Positions 37,640-47,086 of a stretch of DNA of 47,244 nt are shown here, piece after piece (position 1 is the first letter of the stretch; every line of letters begins with the position of its first letter). The DNA is taken from positions 1 to 47,244 of the forward strand of contig JACPID010000024.1 of the NCBI GenBank assembly GCA_016188265.1, given 5' to 3'. A program made the translations under genes and the position numbers. Origin of the DNA: Candidatus Woesearchaeota archaeon (GTDB taxonomy: Archaea > Nanobdellota > Nanobdellia > Woesearchaeales > ARS49). The notes beneath the pieces are model-generated. The model searched no databases. It was not told the DNA's origin and was given only the letters and a program-made list of their open reading frames with translations.

Positions 37640-38109
37640 TGAAAGCAATATTTTTGAAAAGCAAGGAAAAAAAAGAGGTTATCAAAAAAATTAAAGATCA
37701 ATGGAGTGTAGATTGCTCTCAATGGCTGAAAAAATATGCTTTTTTGAAAAATGAAAAAGATAAATTATTTCTCATTAATTCAAACATAGCTGGTATTCAA
37801 TTTGAAGAACTGCGAATATCTACTCTTGGATTATATGTAGCGGAACTAAAAAATAATCAAATACGTTTAAGTATTGAAGGATCACAACTCATAGGGCCTG
37901 ATGCAAAAAAAAACATCCTTGAAATAAATGATGAACAAGAAAAAAAATGGATTATAGGAAATGATTTAGATATAAATATTGACAAAATGGGTTTTCAAAT
38001 AATAAAACATAATAATGATTTTTTAGGCACTGGAAAAATAGTTAATAACAAAGTATTAAATTATGTGCCAAAAGAAAGAAGACTGCAAGCAAAAGCATTT
38101 GAAGAATGA
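37639..38109 (+). CDS. NIP7/RsmF-C-like pre-PUA/PUA ribosome biogenesis protein
   Basis: RLSIEGSQLIG, WIIGNDL, FLGTGK and NYVPKERR motifs. TGATG overlap with infB. Confidence 0.75.
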   Translation: MKAIFLKSKEKKEVIKKIKDQWSVDCSQWLKKYAFLKNEKDKLFLINSNIAGIQFEELRISTLGLYVAELKNNQIRLSIEGSQLIGPDAKKNILEINDEQEKKWIIGNDLDINIDKMGFQIIKHNNDFLGTGKIVNNKVLNYVPKERRLQAKAFEE

Positions 38110-38128
38110 TGAAGAAAAGGCGAGCAAT

Positions 38129-38950
38129 ATGTTGTTTAATGAAAAAAATAAAAAAAATCTAGAAGAAATAATTAAAGAAAATAAAATAAAGAGACATTTT
38201 GAAAAAACAAATTATTCTTTAACTGATGTTCTTAAGCATCCAATAAAATATTCAAGCGGTGGTTTTCAAGAAGCTTGGGATGATTTGAATTATTCAGTTT
38301 ATAGTTGTGTTAACATATCAAAAACAAAAACAGAATCATTGACTAAATTTTTTGGATTAAATGCTGGTTTATTAACATTTTTTGGAATATGGGCTGTTCC
38401 GCATGAATTAATTCATGCAGGAGTAAATAAATTAACAGGTGGCATAAATAAAGAAATTGTTATTAATTCATTATACGGTGGAAGTATTATTAGTAAATAC
38501 TTTTCTGAAATTCAGTCAAAATTAATGTTGCCCTTTATCGGAGGATATGTTGTGCCAGAAAACAATAGTGATTTAGGATTAGTAGCAATGGCTTTAGCTC
38601 CTTATGTTCTTACACCTTTAGGATTATGTATTGCAAAAAAAGGAAGAGAAAACAAGAATTTATTAACTGCATTATTCGGGTCAGCGCTTATTGCAGCGCA
38701 TCTAGGGGGGGTTGTTGGAGATTTCTGGAGTGTAGGGAGAACTATTATGCTTAAAGGACTAGAAATGTTATATTTTGGTTTAGGAGAAAATACTTCTAAA
38801 TTACCTGAAGAAGCAAATTTATTAGAGCTAAGTTTTTTGCTGCTTGGAGGTTTTTATATAGGATCAAAAGTAATGGGTTATTCATACAGGTTATGCAAAG
38901 GAGCTTTTAATTCAATTAATCAAGCATTCCATAATTCATCTCCAACATGA
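38129..38950 (+). CDS. Membrane protein with HExxH motif (putative M50-like/zincin metalloprotease)
   Basis: VPHELIHAG after a TM helix, then ALAPY and GDF motifs. Start ATG 38129 chosen. Confidence 0.65.
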   Translation: MLFNEKNKKNLEEIIKENKIKRHFEKTNYSLTDVLKHPIKYSSGGFQEAWDDLNYSVYSCVNISKTKTESLTKFFGLNAGLLTFFGIWAVPHELIHAGVNKLTGGINKEIVINSLYGGSIISKYFSEIQSKLMLPFIGGYVVPENNSDLGLVAMALAPYVLTPLGLCIAKKGRENKNLLTALFGSALIAAHLGGVVGDFWSVGRTIMLKGLEMLYFGLGENTSKLPEEANLLELSFLLLGGFYIGSKVMGYSYRLCKGAFNSINQAFHNSSPT

Positions 38951-39381
38951 TGAATATTTTTAACAACTTTGCCTGACTGCATATTTTTCATTGCTTCTGA
39001 ATCAAATAAAGCAATACCTACAGCTAAAGGTTTTTTATGCATAATGTCCACAATAACAACAAAATCATTTTGTTTAATATTCCCACTAATCTCAACTATG
39101 CCTGGACGCATAACATCTGCGCCATCTGCAATAAATTTAACTGCACCCATATCAACAATGATGGTTTTAATAACTTGTTTTTGAAGCAATAATTTAAGCG
39201 CAGGAGCCCATTTTTTCTCATAGATAAAAAATACTGGTTGATCATTTAAATACAAAATAGTATGCTTATTTTTCACGCTATAAACCGCATCTTTTTTAGA
39301 AAATAAATCAGAAATTCCAAATTGTTGTTTTAATTCATAATTTAAATTTAAAATTTCTGATTTATTTAATCTTTTTTTCAT
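38920..39381 (-). CDS. PUA-domain RNA-binding protein (MCT-1/Tma20 family)
   Basis: VDMGAVKFIADGADVMRPGI, KPLAVG and GKVVKNIHHVGDELW motifs. Confidence 0.9.
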   Translation of the reverse strand: MKKRLNKSEILNLNYELKQQFGISDLFSKKDAVYSVKNKHTILYLNDQPVFFIYEKKWAPALKLLLQKQVIKTIIVDMGAVKFIADGADVMRPGIVEISGNIKQNDFVVIVDIMHKKPLAVGIALFDSEAMKNMQSGKVVKNIHHVGDELWNA

Positions 39382-39782
39382 AAAGGTAAAATAGTAACAT
39401 GCATTTTTTGTTCAGGATTTTTCATAGCATTAATAATATCTCTATTAACATGTTTTGCAGCTTTATTTGCATCTATTGCAAAGGTTCTTTCTGAAATGTA
39501 CTGGCCTAAGCGAATTACTATTTCTTTGCTGTGATTAAATCTTTTATTAACAATTGCAATTATTTCATCTTTAAAAAAATTTGCTTCAAGAACAATTTTT
39601 ACTTTATTATTTTTTTTAACAAGTTCAAGCAGTTCTTTAGCATCAAAATCAGCTTTTATTCCAATAATACAATTGCCTTTTTCAGTAAGATAAACATCTT
39701 TTGTAAATTCAAAAGTAGTTGGGTGAGTGCCTAAAATACTTTTGTGGCCGTAACAACAAAAATGCATTATTGTTTTTTTCAT
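39378..39782 (-). CDS. DUF371 family protein
   Basis: GHKSILGTHPTTFEFTKD..LTEKGNCIIGI and ANKAAK motifs. Confidence 0.85.
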   Translation of the reverse strand: MKKTIMHFCCYGHKSILGTHPTTFEFTKDVYLTEKGNCIIGIKADFDAKELLELVKKNNKVKIVLEANFFKDEIIAIVNKRFNHSKEIVIRLGQYISERTFAIDANKAAKHVNRDIINAMKNPEQKMHVTILPL

Positions 39783-39863
39783 AGTTGTATTTATCTTTCA
39801 TGTGGCAAAGTTAGGTATTATGCGCACACTATTTTTATAAAACTTTCTTACTAATTGCATCAA

Positions 39864-40730
39864 ATGATTCAACAATTTGAACAAGGCAATTTAATGCCTG
39901 AAAAAGAATGGCAAAATTATATTATGCAGTTAGAAAAAGAAAGCAAGCCGTCAAATAAAGAAGAAGTAAAAAAAGCATTGATTGATGCAGTAAAAAAAAG
40001 AATTCCCAATAAAAAATTTGGTATTTTTTTTTCAGGAGGTGTAGATTCAACAACCATAGCATTTTTGTGTAAACAAAATAATGCTGATTTCACATGCTAT
40101 TCAGTTGGTTTAGAAGGATCTCCTGATTTAATTGAAGGAAAAAAAGCAGCTGAAAAACTTGGCTTAACTCTTAGACAAAAAAAATTTACAATTAAAGAAG
40201 CTGAAGAGATTTTTAAAAAAACAGCAAAATTATTTGATAATCCAGATCCATTGAATGTGGGTGTTGGAGGAGTTATTTTGGCTGCAGTAGAATTAGCAAA
40301 AGAAGATAAAATAAACACATTTTTTAGCGGTCTTGGCAGTGAAGAAATATTTGCAGGATATCAAAGGCATGCAGAAGCAAAAGATGTACATGCTGAATGC
40401 TGGCGAGGGCTTAAAGAAATGTGGAGGAGGGATTTTACAAGAGATTATAAAATTGCAAGCGCTTTAGGAATACATGCGCTGGTTCCATTTCTTGATGAAG
40501 AGCTGATAAGAAAAGCCATGGGAATTTCAGGTGATAAAAAAATCAATGGTGATCATAAAAAAGTAATTCTTCGCGAAATTAGTGAAGAGCTCGGAGTTCC
40601 TAAAGAATTTGCTTGGAGAAAGAAAAAAGCAGCTCAATATGGAAGCTGGTTTGATAAAGCAATGGAAAAACTAGCAAAAAAAATAAGAGTAAATAAAGTA
40701 GAATATGTGAAAATGTTGAATAAAAAATAA
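39864..40730 (+). CDS. Asparagine synthetase C-terminal (ATP pyrophosphatase) domain protein, no glutaminase domain
   Basis: PP-loop FSGGVDST, SGLGSEEIFAGY, PFLD and WRKKKAAQYGS motifs. Start uncertain. Confidence 0.85.
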   Translation: MIQQFEQGNLMPEKEWQNYIMQLEKESKPSNKEEVKKALIDAVKKRIPNKKFGIFFSGGVDSTTIAFLCKQNNADFTCYSVGLEGSPDLIEGKKAAEKLGLTLRQKKFTIKEAEEIFKKTAKLFDNPDPLNVGVGGVILAAVELAKEDKINTFFSGLGSEEIFAGYQRHAEAKDVHAECWRGLKEMWRRDFTRDYKIASALGIHALVPFLDEELIRKAMGISGDKKINGDHKKVILREISEELGVPKEFAWRKKKAAQYGSWFDKAMEKLAKKIRVNKVEYVKMLNKK

Positions 40731-40731
40731 A

Positions 40732-43158
40732 TTATTTCAACATTTTTATCGGTTTTTTCCACAAATTCCATAATTTTCTGGAAAATATTAATGCCAATAA
40801 TAATTCAAGAATAAATAGCCACATGTTAAACGTGCATAAAATGTTTATTAAAATCAGCAATAATAATAAAATTATTGATGCACTTACAATTGTGAAAAAG
40901 CTTTTGTGTCTAGCAGAATAATTTTTAACATATCTATTGACGCTGAGAGTTATTATTAACAATAATATAAATGCAGTTAATAAACCCCATTTTAATTCTG
41001 AAGAACAATAAAATTCTTTTCTAAAAATAGTAGCGCAATCTGTTGGACAGCTAATTGCATCTTCATCAACACCGCAATAACCATTACCACAACCGCATAT
41101 TTTATCAGGCGCTTTTTCTGAAGCAACATGCTTTCCAACTATAACAAGGCTTTCTTTTGGGCAAAAAGGCATACTTAATTCAAAATATTGCTGGTTGCCG
41201 AGCAATGCTCTGTCTGTTATATCTTTTCTTACTTCTTTTGAAACAATTTTTTCCAGAATATTGCGAGCAATTGGGTGCTCAACAATTAATGTATGAGGAA
41301 CATCTAATTCCCAATAATTATCACAGCGATTATTAACATAAATTCCGCCAACATTTTGCGCACTTTTAACTGGGACAATACCATCATTTTTTTCTTTTAC
41401 ACCTAATAATTTTGTAAATTCATAAGGCTGTATTCCTGCAATTACTGAATATTCTATTCCACTAACACGATCAACAAGCTTTCCTTTTATTAATTCTTGA
41501 ACCACCTGCGTATTAATGTCAAACCATCCTGGAATTTTACTATTGACTAAAATATTAAGCAAATCATTAAAAATACCTTCGTCAACAACTCCGTTATTAG
41601 GTACAGAAACAAGAATTACTTTTCTTATTTTATTCAGAAATGATAACTTGTTTTTTTCTGCATATTTAAGAGCTTCTTGAATAATTATTCCACCTAAACT
41701 ATGGCCAACAAAATAAATATTTTCAAACTCATCATTATTTTTTTCAAGATTATCTGCTAAATTTTGTGCATTTTCTTCAATAGGCTGCTTGTAAGGGTAG
41801 CCGAAAGTCCATGCTTGAAATGGCTGTTGAGTTTGCCTAATATCATCAATAATATCCTGATAAGTTGCTGGTGAAACCCCTAATCCATGAACAAGAATAA
41901 CAGCATCTTTTGTTCCTGATAATGAATCATAAACACGTTCCAAAGCAGGTTTTTTACAATTAACACAAATCTGGCCAAATAATGCAAAAATATTTTCATC
42001 AATTTCTAAATTAACATTTGTTGAAAATGTAAATGTTTGTTTATCAATTGATCCGCCAAGATAAACCCAAGCTTCATCAATAAGTGAATAAGCGCTAACA
42101 GAATCAGGATCAATGCTTGGATCTGAAATATAAGGAAGAACAATTCTTGCACTGGCAGATTGATCACTGGCAACAATAACCGGAGCGCCTAATATTTTTA
42201 GTGAAGGATTTTTTGGTTGTTTTAATGTTTTTGTTGGTGATGAAATTCTAATATTAACAGGTTGAGTTGTATTTGCAACAGTTAAAATAAGCCTTCCAGC
42301 AGAAACAGAATCGCCTGAATTTAACAATTCTTTTTTAGTAGGTATGTTTATAGGAGCTAAACTTAAATTAAAATACTCTTCTTGCCTATACACTTTTATA
42401 ATATCTTCACCGCAGCTTAATGTTTCAACAGGCATAACATCTAAAGGTGTACAAATAGAAGTATTGCATCTTAATACTTGAATATCCAAATAATTTTGAG
42501 GTACAGAAATTCTGGTATTAAAACTCATATCTTTTGAACATTTAGCTTCAAAAGGAGGAATAATAACATCATAATCTTTAGGTATTTTAATGCCAAATTT
42601 TGTTTCTCGAAGAATAATTCTTTCATTTTCAGAAATATTCATGCAAGCAAATGGGTTAAGTTCAAAATAATGTTCAGGAATTGCAAATAATGAATAAGCT
42701 TTTGTTCCTAATGCGCGCGCAGTATTAAAAAAACCTTCACCTTCAATAACAATTCTACCTTCAGCCAATGCAGATTCAACAACTTTAACAGGATTAGAAG
42801 CTGTTAAAATACTAGTTAAAGTTCTATCGCTTAAACTAACAGCCATTGTTGGCGAAATATAACCTTTTTCAACAACATCAATTACTCTTCCATCTTTAAT
42901 TGTAACACCAAAAATAAATTCTTCATCTTTAGCTTGAATCTGAACATTCATTTTTTGATCGCCAAGCAATGGCTTAAGTGATTTAGGGACTATTAAAAAT
43001 TCAATTTGAGATTTAAGAATAGGAAACATTTTCACAAACTCTTTAGAAGTGATTTTTTCAGGACACTTGCCAAAACATTGATCAACAACAGGAACAGCAT
43101 CTGCAAAAACAAAAGGAATAATAATTAAAATACATAAAACTATCACGCTCTTTTTCAT
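40732..43158 (-). CDS. Secreted, C-terminally membrane-anchored alpha/beta hydrolase (lipase/PGAP1-like) with N-terminal SCP2-like domain
   Basis: Signal peptide; VILVHGL, VGHSLGG, NDGIV and PH motifs; CGNGYC...CPTDC module; three C-terminal TM helices. Confidence 0.8.
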   Translation of the reverse strand: MKKSVIVLCILIIIPFVFADAVPVVDQCFGKCPEKITSKEFVKMFPILKSQIEFLIVPKSLKPLLGDQKMNVQIQAKDEEFIFGVTIKDGRVIDVVEKGYISPTMAVSLSDRTLTSILTASNPVKVVESALAEGRIVIEGEGFFNTARALGTKAYSLFAIPEHYFELNPFACMNISENERIILRETKFGIKIPKDYDVIIPPFEAKCSKDMSFNTRISVPQNYLDIQVLRCNTSICTPLDVMPVETLSCGEDIIKVYRQEEYFNLSLAPINIPTKKELLNSGDSVSAGRLILTVANTTQPVNIRISSPTKTLKQPKNPSLKILGAPVIVASDQSASARIVLPYISDPSIDPDSVSAYSLIDEAWVYLGGSIDKQTFTFSTNVNLEIDENIFALFGQICVNCKKPALERVYDSLSGTKDAVILVHGLGVSPATYQDIIDDIRQTQQPFQAWTFGYPYKQPIEENAQNLADNLEKNNDEFENIYFVGHSLGGIIIQEALKYAEKNKLSFLNKIRKVILVSVPNNGVVDEGIFNDLLNILVNSKIPGWFDINTQVVQELIKGKLVDRVSGIEYSVIAGIQPYEFTKLLGVKEKNDGIVPVKSAQNVGGIYVNNRCDNYWELDVPHTLIVEHPIARNILEKIVSKEVRKDITDRALLGNQQYFELSMPFCPKESLVIVGKHVASEKAPDKICGCGNGYCGVDEDAISCPTDCATIFRKEFYCSSELKWGLLTAFILLLIITLSVNRYVKNYSARHKSFFTIVSASIILLLLLILINILCTFNMWLFILELLLALIFSRKLWNLWKKPIKMLK

Positions 43159-43212
43159 CTATTTATTACATACAGATAAACTATATAAAGATAATGGGTT
43201 ATTCTTATTTTC

Positions 43213-43887
43213 ATGCAATTATCTGTAGTTATAGTTAATTATTATTCAAAAGAATTGCCACATTGTTTAAAGACATTGAAAAACAGCGTTCCTCTTGAAT
43301 CAGAAATTTTTATTGTTAATAATTCACCTGAAAAACTTAATTTTGAAGGCGTTACCATAATTCAAAACAATAAAAATATTGGTTATGCAAAAGCTTGCAA
43401 TAAAGGAATTGATGCTGCTAAAGGAAGATACATACTTATTCTAAATCCCGATGTTATTGTTGGAGAATCAACAATAAAGTCTTCCATAAGATTTATGGAT
43501 GAAAATTCTGAAGTAAATATTTGCGGAATAAAATTATTAGAAGAAAATGGAAGTGTACAAGAATCTGCAAGAAATTTTCCTAAATTTTTAGAACTTGTTA
43601 GTAGAAGGTTGTTCAAAAATAATACACTGCAAACCACAAACCATAAACTACCAACTAAAGTAGAGTGGGTGTCTGGAGCTTTTATGCTAATGCGAGGAAA
43701 ACATTATTTTGATGAAAAATTTTTCATGTACTTTGAAGATGTTGATTTGTGCAGAACAGTTGGAAATGTATGGTATTGCCCTTATGCTAGAGCAATGCAT
43801 AAAACAGGTTATGGAAGCAAGAAAAATTTAAGATTATTTTTAGAGCATGTTAAAAGTATGATGTATTATTTTCTGAAGTGGCATTAA
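43213..43887 (+). CDS. GT2 glycosyltransferase (WbbL-like)
   Basis: SVVIVNY, NIGYAKACNKG, LNPD, VSGAFML and FDEKFFMYFEDVDLC motifs. Confidence 0.92.
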   Translation: MQLSVVIVNYYSKELPHCLKTLKNSVPLESEIFIVNNSPEKLNFEGVTIIQNNKNIGYAKACNKGIDAAKGRYILILNPDVIVGESTIKSSIRFMDENSEVNICGIKLLEENGSVQESARNFPKFLELVSRRLFKNNTLQTTNHKLPTKVEWVSGAFMLMRGKHYFDEKFFMYFEDVDLCRTVGNVWYCPYARAMHKTGYGSKKNLRLFLEHVKSMMYYFLKWH

Positions 43888-43902
43888 AAGAAAGTTTATA
43901 AA
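43888..43902 (+). promoter_or_regulatory. BRE/TATA promoter of aRF1, probably leaderless
   Basis: AAGAAAG-TTTATAAA ends 24 nt before ATG 43927. No SD. Confidence 0.6.
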
Positions 43903-43926
43903 CCATCAACTTATCAATCTATTTTT

Positions 43927-45036
43927 ATGGCATTAACATCATATCAAAAATTTCAGTTAAAGAAAATAATTAAAGAACTTGAACAGTATAAAGCTAGGCA
44001 TACTGAATTAGTTAGTGTGTATGTTCCTGCAGGGTATGATTTAATCAAGATAATTCAGCATTTAAGTGAAGAACAAGGTACAGCAACTAATATTAAATCT
44101 AGTTCTACAAGAAATAATGTTATTGATGCTCTAGAAAAAATGATACAACATTTAAGAATTGTAGAAAGAACTCCTGTTAATGGTTTAGCGGTATTTTCTG
44201 GCAATGTAGCTGAAAGAGAAGGCCAAAGTGATGTCAGAGTGTGGAGTGTTGAACCTCCAGCTCCACTAAATATTCGTATTTATCGTTGCGATAAAACATT
44301 TTTATTAGACATATTGCAAGATATGATGACGATTAAAGAAGTGTATGGTCTTGTTGTTATGGATGCCCGAGATGCACATCTTGCATTATTAAAAGGCAAA
44401 TCAATACAGTTCCTTCAAAAAACTCATTCTCATGTTCCTGGAAAGATGAAAGCTGGTGGCCAGAGCTCTGCACGCTTCCAAGCAAATCGCGCTCTTGCTG
44501 TTAAAGATCATCTAAAAAAAGTTGCTGAATACATGAAAGAACAATTTCTAAATTTAGAAGGATTAAAAGGAATTCTTCTCGGAGGCCCAGGGCCTGTTAA
44601 ATATGAATTATACGAAAGCGGGTTTATAACTGGAGATGTTAAAAAGAAAATTCTAGCAATAAAAGATCTATCTTACACAGAAGAATTTGGCTTGCAAGAA
44701 CTTATTGATAAATGCCAAGATGTACTTGCTCAAGAAGAAATTGCTGATGAAAAAAAAATAATGAATAAATTCTTAGAATTGCTTGCCACAAAACCGAGTA
44801 TTGTAGTTTATGGTGAAAAAGATGTTATGAAAGTCCTTGAAATGGGAGCTGCTGAAACAATACTGGTGTCTGAAATTGTTGATATTGAAAAAATTGAGAT
44901 AATAGAAAATAGAGCAAAAGAATTTGGAACAGAAGTAAAAATAATTTCTACTGAAACAAGAGAAGGGGCTCAATTAAAAGAAATTACTGGATTTGGCGCT
45001 ATTTTAAGATATGAAGTTAATGTAGAAGCATTATAG
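43927..45036 (+). CDS. prf1: Peptide chain release factor aRF1
   Basis: NIKS, YRCDKTF, GGQSSARF and GFGAILRY motifs. Confidence 0.96.
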   Translation: MALTSYQKFQLKKIIKELEQYKARHTELVSVYVPAGYDLIKIIQHLSEEQGTATNIKSSSTRNNVIDALEKMIQHLRIVERTPVNGLAVFSGNVAEREGQSDVRVWSVEPPAPLNIRIYRCDKTFLLDILQDMMTIKEVYGLVVMDARDAHLALLKGKSIQFLQKTHSHVPGKMKAGGQSSARFQANRALAVKDHLKKVAEYMKEQFLNLEGLKGILLGGPGPVKYELYESGFITGDVKKKILAIKDLSYTEEFGLQELIDKCQDVLAQEEIADEKKIMNKFLELLATKPSIVVYGEKDVMKVLEMGAAETILVSEIVDIEKIEIIENRAKEFGTEVKIISTETREGAQLKEITGFGAILRYEVNVEAL

Positions 45037-45043
45037 TTTTTTT

Positions 45044-45901
45044 TTAGTTTAATCTAGCGATAATTTTGCCTTTTTTTAATATTCTTACTACACCACTTTC
45101 AGATAGAACAACTGCAATTGCATCACATTTTTTAGTTATAGCAGCACAGCATCTATGTTTTGTTCCAAAACCATCAGGTATTTCAACATCAGAAGTATCT
45201 AAATCTAAGTAAGTTCCTGCACTTTGAATTCTTCCATTGCGCTCTATAATAAATGCTCCATCTAATTGAGAAAATTCTTTAACAGTTTCTTTTATTTCAG
45301 GATCTTGAATTTTGCATTTTTCTTCAGAATAACCTTGAAATGGGTTAAAAATAAGTTGCCTGCAAAACTGCTTAAGTTCATTATAATCGCCAACAACAAA
45401 AGATGTTCCTACTTTTTTGCCTTCACGCCCTTCTTGAACTAATTCAAAAGCAATATTAATTAAACTTTCAAAAGCATCTGAATCAATATTTTCAGTTATT
45501 TTATGAGTGCTTACTTTAAAGAAAACATCATCAATATCAAGAATAAACATCAAACCTGAAAACCCAACACCAAGTGTTTCATCTGCTACGCAAATAACTC
45601 TATCGCCTTTGCTGATGATTTTTTTTGTAACAAAATCACTTAATAAATCCTTAATTGGTTTTAAAGAATCCATTTTTTTAAGTAATGTTGTCTCGTGGAT
45701 TTGGTCTAGATAAGCGCCAGTATCAGTTCGTTTAAAAACAACAGCTCTTACATCAGTGCTTAAGGATTCTTCTGCAGAAATAATTTCAACTTCTTTACGC
45801 GTAAGAGTTACAATAATGTTGGCTTTAATATTGCGAGCAATAGTGCCGACTGCTTGGCTTATGCTCTCTTGAATGGGGTTTGATGGCAAAGATGGTATCA
45901 T
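45044..45901 (-). CDS. Diadenylate cyclase (DisA_N/DAC domain) with N-terminal pyruvate-kinase-C-like domain (DacZ-like)
   Basis: EGREGKKVGT, QLIFNPF, LDGAF, GTKHR and VLSESG motifs. Start MIPSL at 45901. Confidence 0.85.
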   Translation of the reverse strand: MIPSLPSNPIQESISQAVGTIARNIKANIIVTLTRKEVEIISAEESLSTDVRAVVFKRTDTGAYLDQIHETTLLKKMDSLKPIKDLLSDFVTKKIISKGDRVICVADETLGVGFSGLMFILDIDDVFFKVSTHKITENIDSDAFESLINIAFELVQEGREGKKVGTSFVVGDYNELKQFCRQLIFNPFQGYSEEKCKIQDPEIKETVKEFSQLDGAFIIERNGRIQSAGTYLDLDTSDVEIPDGFGTKHRCCAAITKKCDAIAVVLSESGVVRILKKGKIIARLN

Positions 45902-45983
45902 ACTCTTTTTAATACTGATAAAAAAATGAAGATAGAACTTATTAAATCTTTTGGCACAATAATCCATAAATACTGATTATTCT

Positions 45984-46667
45984 ATGTTTTATCTCATGAA
46001 ATTTATTTATGAAGCTGCAAATCGTTTGAAAATTCAAGAAAAGTATAATTTTTTAGTGAAGTATTCTGGGCGTGTTAAAGGATTCAGGGCATTTGTTAAA
46101 AAAAAAGACATTAATTTGTCATTTACTTTAAGTAAAAAATGGCATGATGTAAGTGAAGAAATAAAAATAGGGCTTGTACAAGAACTTTTAGAAAAAATTC
46201 TTCATTTAGAAAAAATAAAAACAATGAATAAGGATTTATACTATTCTTTTCTTAAAAATGCCCATCTTGCTATTCCAAAAACAAAAACAAATCCATTGCT
46301 TGAGACATTATTTGAAAAATTAAACCAGCAATATTTTGACAGTTTATTGGAAAAACCCAATTTTGGCATTTCAGCTTCCAGCAGAACCCTTGGATGCTAT
46401 GAATACGGCACAGACACAATAACAATAACAAAGCATCTATTTCAACATCCTGAATTACTTGAATATGTTCTATACCATGAAATGTTGCATAAAAAACATA
46501 AATTTTCAAGCAGTAAAGAAAGATCAAGACATCATTCTAAAGCATTTAGAGATGATGAAAAAAAGTTTCAAAATGCAGAATATTATGAAAAAGAATTAGA
46601 GCAGGCAGCAAGAAGTTTTCCTAAAAAAAATTATAGCAATCTTTTTAAATCAAACCATTTCTCTTGA
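45984..46667 (+). CDS. SprT-like/YgjP zinc metallopeptidase
   Basis: FEKLNQQYF, LGCY, YVLYHEMLH and HHSKAF motifs. Confidence 0.8.
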   Translation: MFYLMKFIYEAANRLKIQEKYNFLVKYSGRVKGFRAFVKKKDINLSFTLSKKWHDVSEEIKIGLVQELLEKILHLEKIKTMNKDLYYSFLKNAHLAIPKTKTNPLLETLFEKLNQQYFDSLLEKPNFGISASSRTLGCYEYGTDTITITKHLFQHPELLEYVLYHEMLHKKHKFSSSKERSRHHSKAFRDDEKKFQNAEYYEKELEQAARSFPKKNYSNLFKSNHFS

Positions 46668-46682
46668 GTGAAGGTGATATGT

Positions 46683-47084
46683 TTGACAACAAAATTAGTT
46701 GCTGCAGGAAGTATTAAAGAAGGTAGTTTTATAGTTGTAGATGGTGCAGCTTGTAAGGTAGCAGAGGCTACTCATTCAAAATCTGGAAAGCACGGTAGTG
46801 CAAAAATGCGTTTTATCGCAATAGGGGTTTTAGATAACAAAAAAAGAGATATAGTTATTCCTGCATCAGATAATATTGAAGTTCCACTGATTGAGAAAAA
46901 AAGCGCCCAAGTATTATCTGTATCAGGAAATACTGCAAATGTTATGGATATTGAGAGTTATGAAACCTTTGATCTTAATATTCCAGAAGAATTAAAAGAT
47001 CAGGTTATTGAAGGATGCCAAGTATTATACTGGGTTATACTTGATGAAAAAGTTATGAAGCAAGTTAAATCTGGAAGTGAATAA
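46683..47084 (+). CDS. eif5a: Translation factor aIF5A
   Basis: Hypusine loop SKSGKHGSAK. AGGTGA SD before in-frame TTG 46683. Confidence 0.95.
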   Translation: MTTKLVAAGSIKEGSFIVVDGAACKVAEATHSKSGKHGSAKMRFIAIGVLDNKKRDIVIPASDNIEVPLIEKKSAQVLSVSGNTANVMDIESYETFDLNIPEELKDQVIEGCQVLYWVILDEKVMKQVKSGSE

Positions 47085-47086
47085 AA

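Noticed and set aside
43927..45036. aRF1 is short and lacks the domain-3 minidomain; possible stop-codon reassignment
   Set aside because: NIKS, YxCxxxF and GGQ are intact, and genes in the window end in TAA, TAG and TGA without in-frame read-through.
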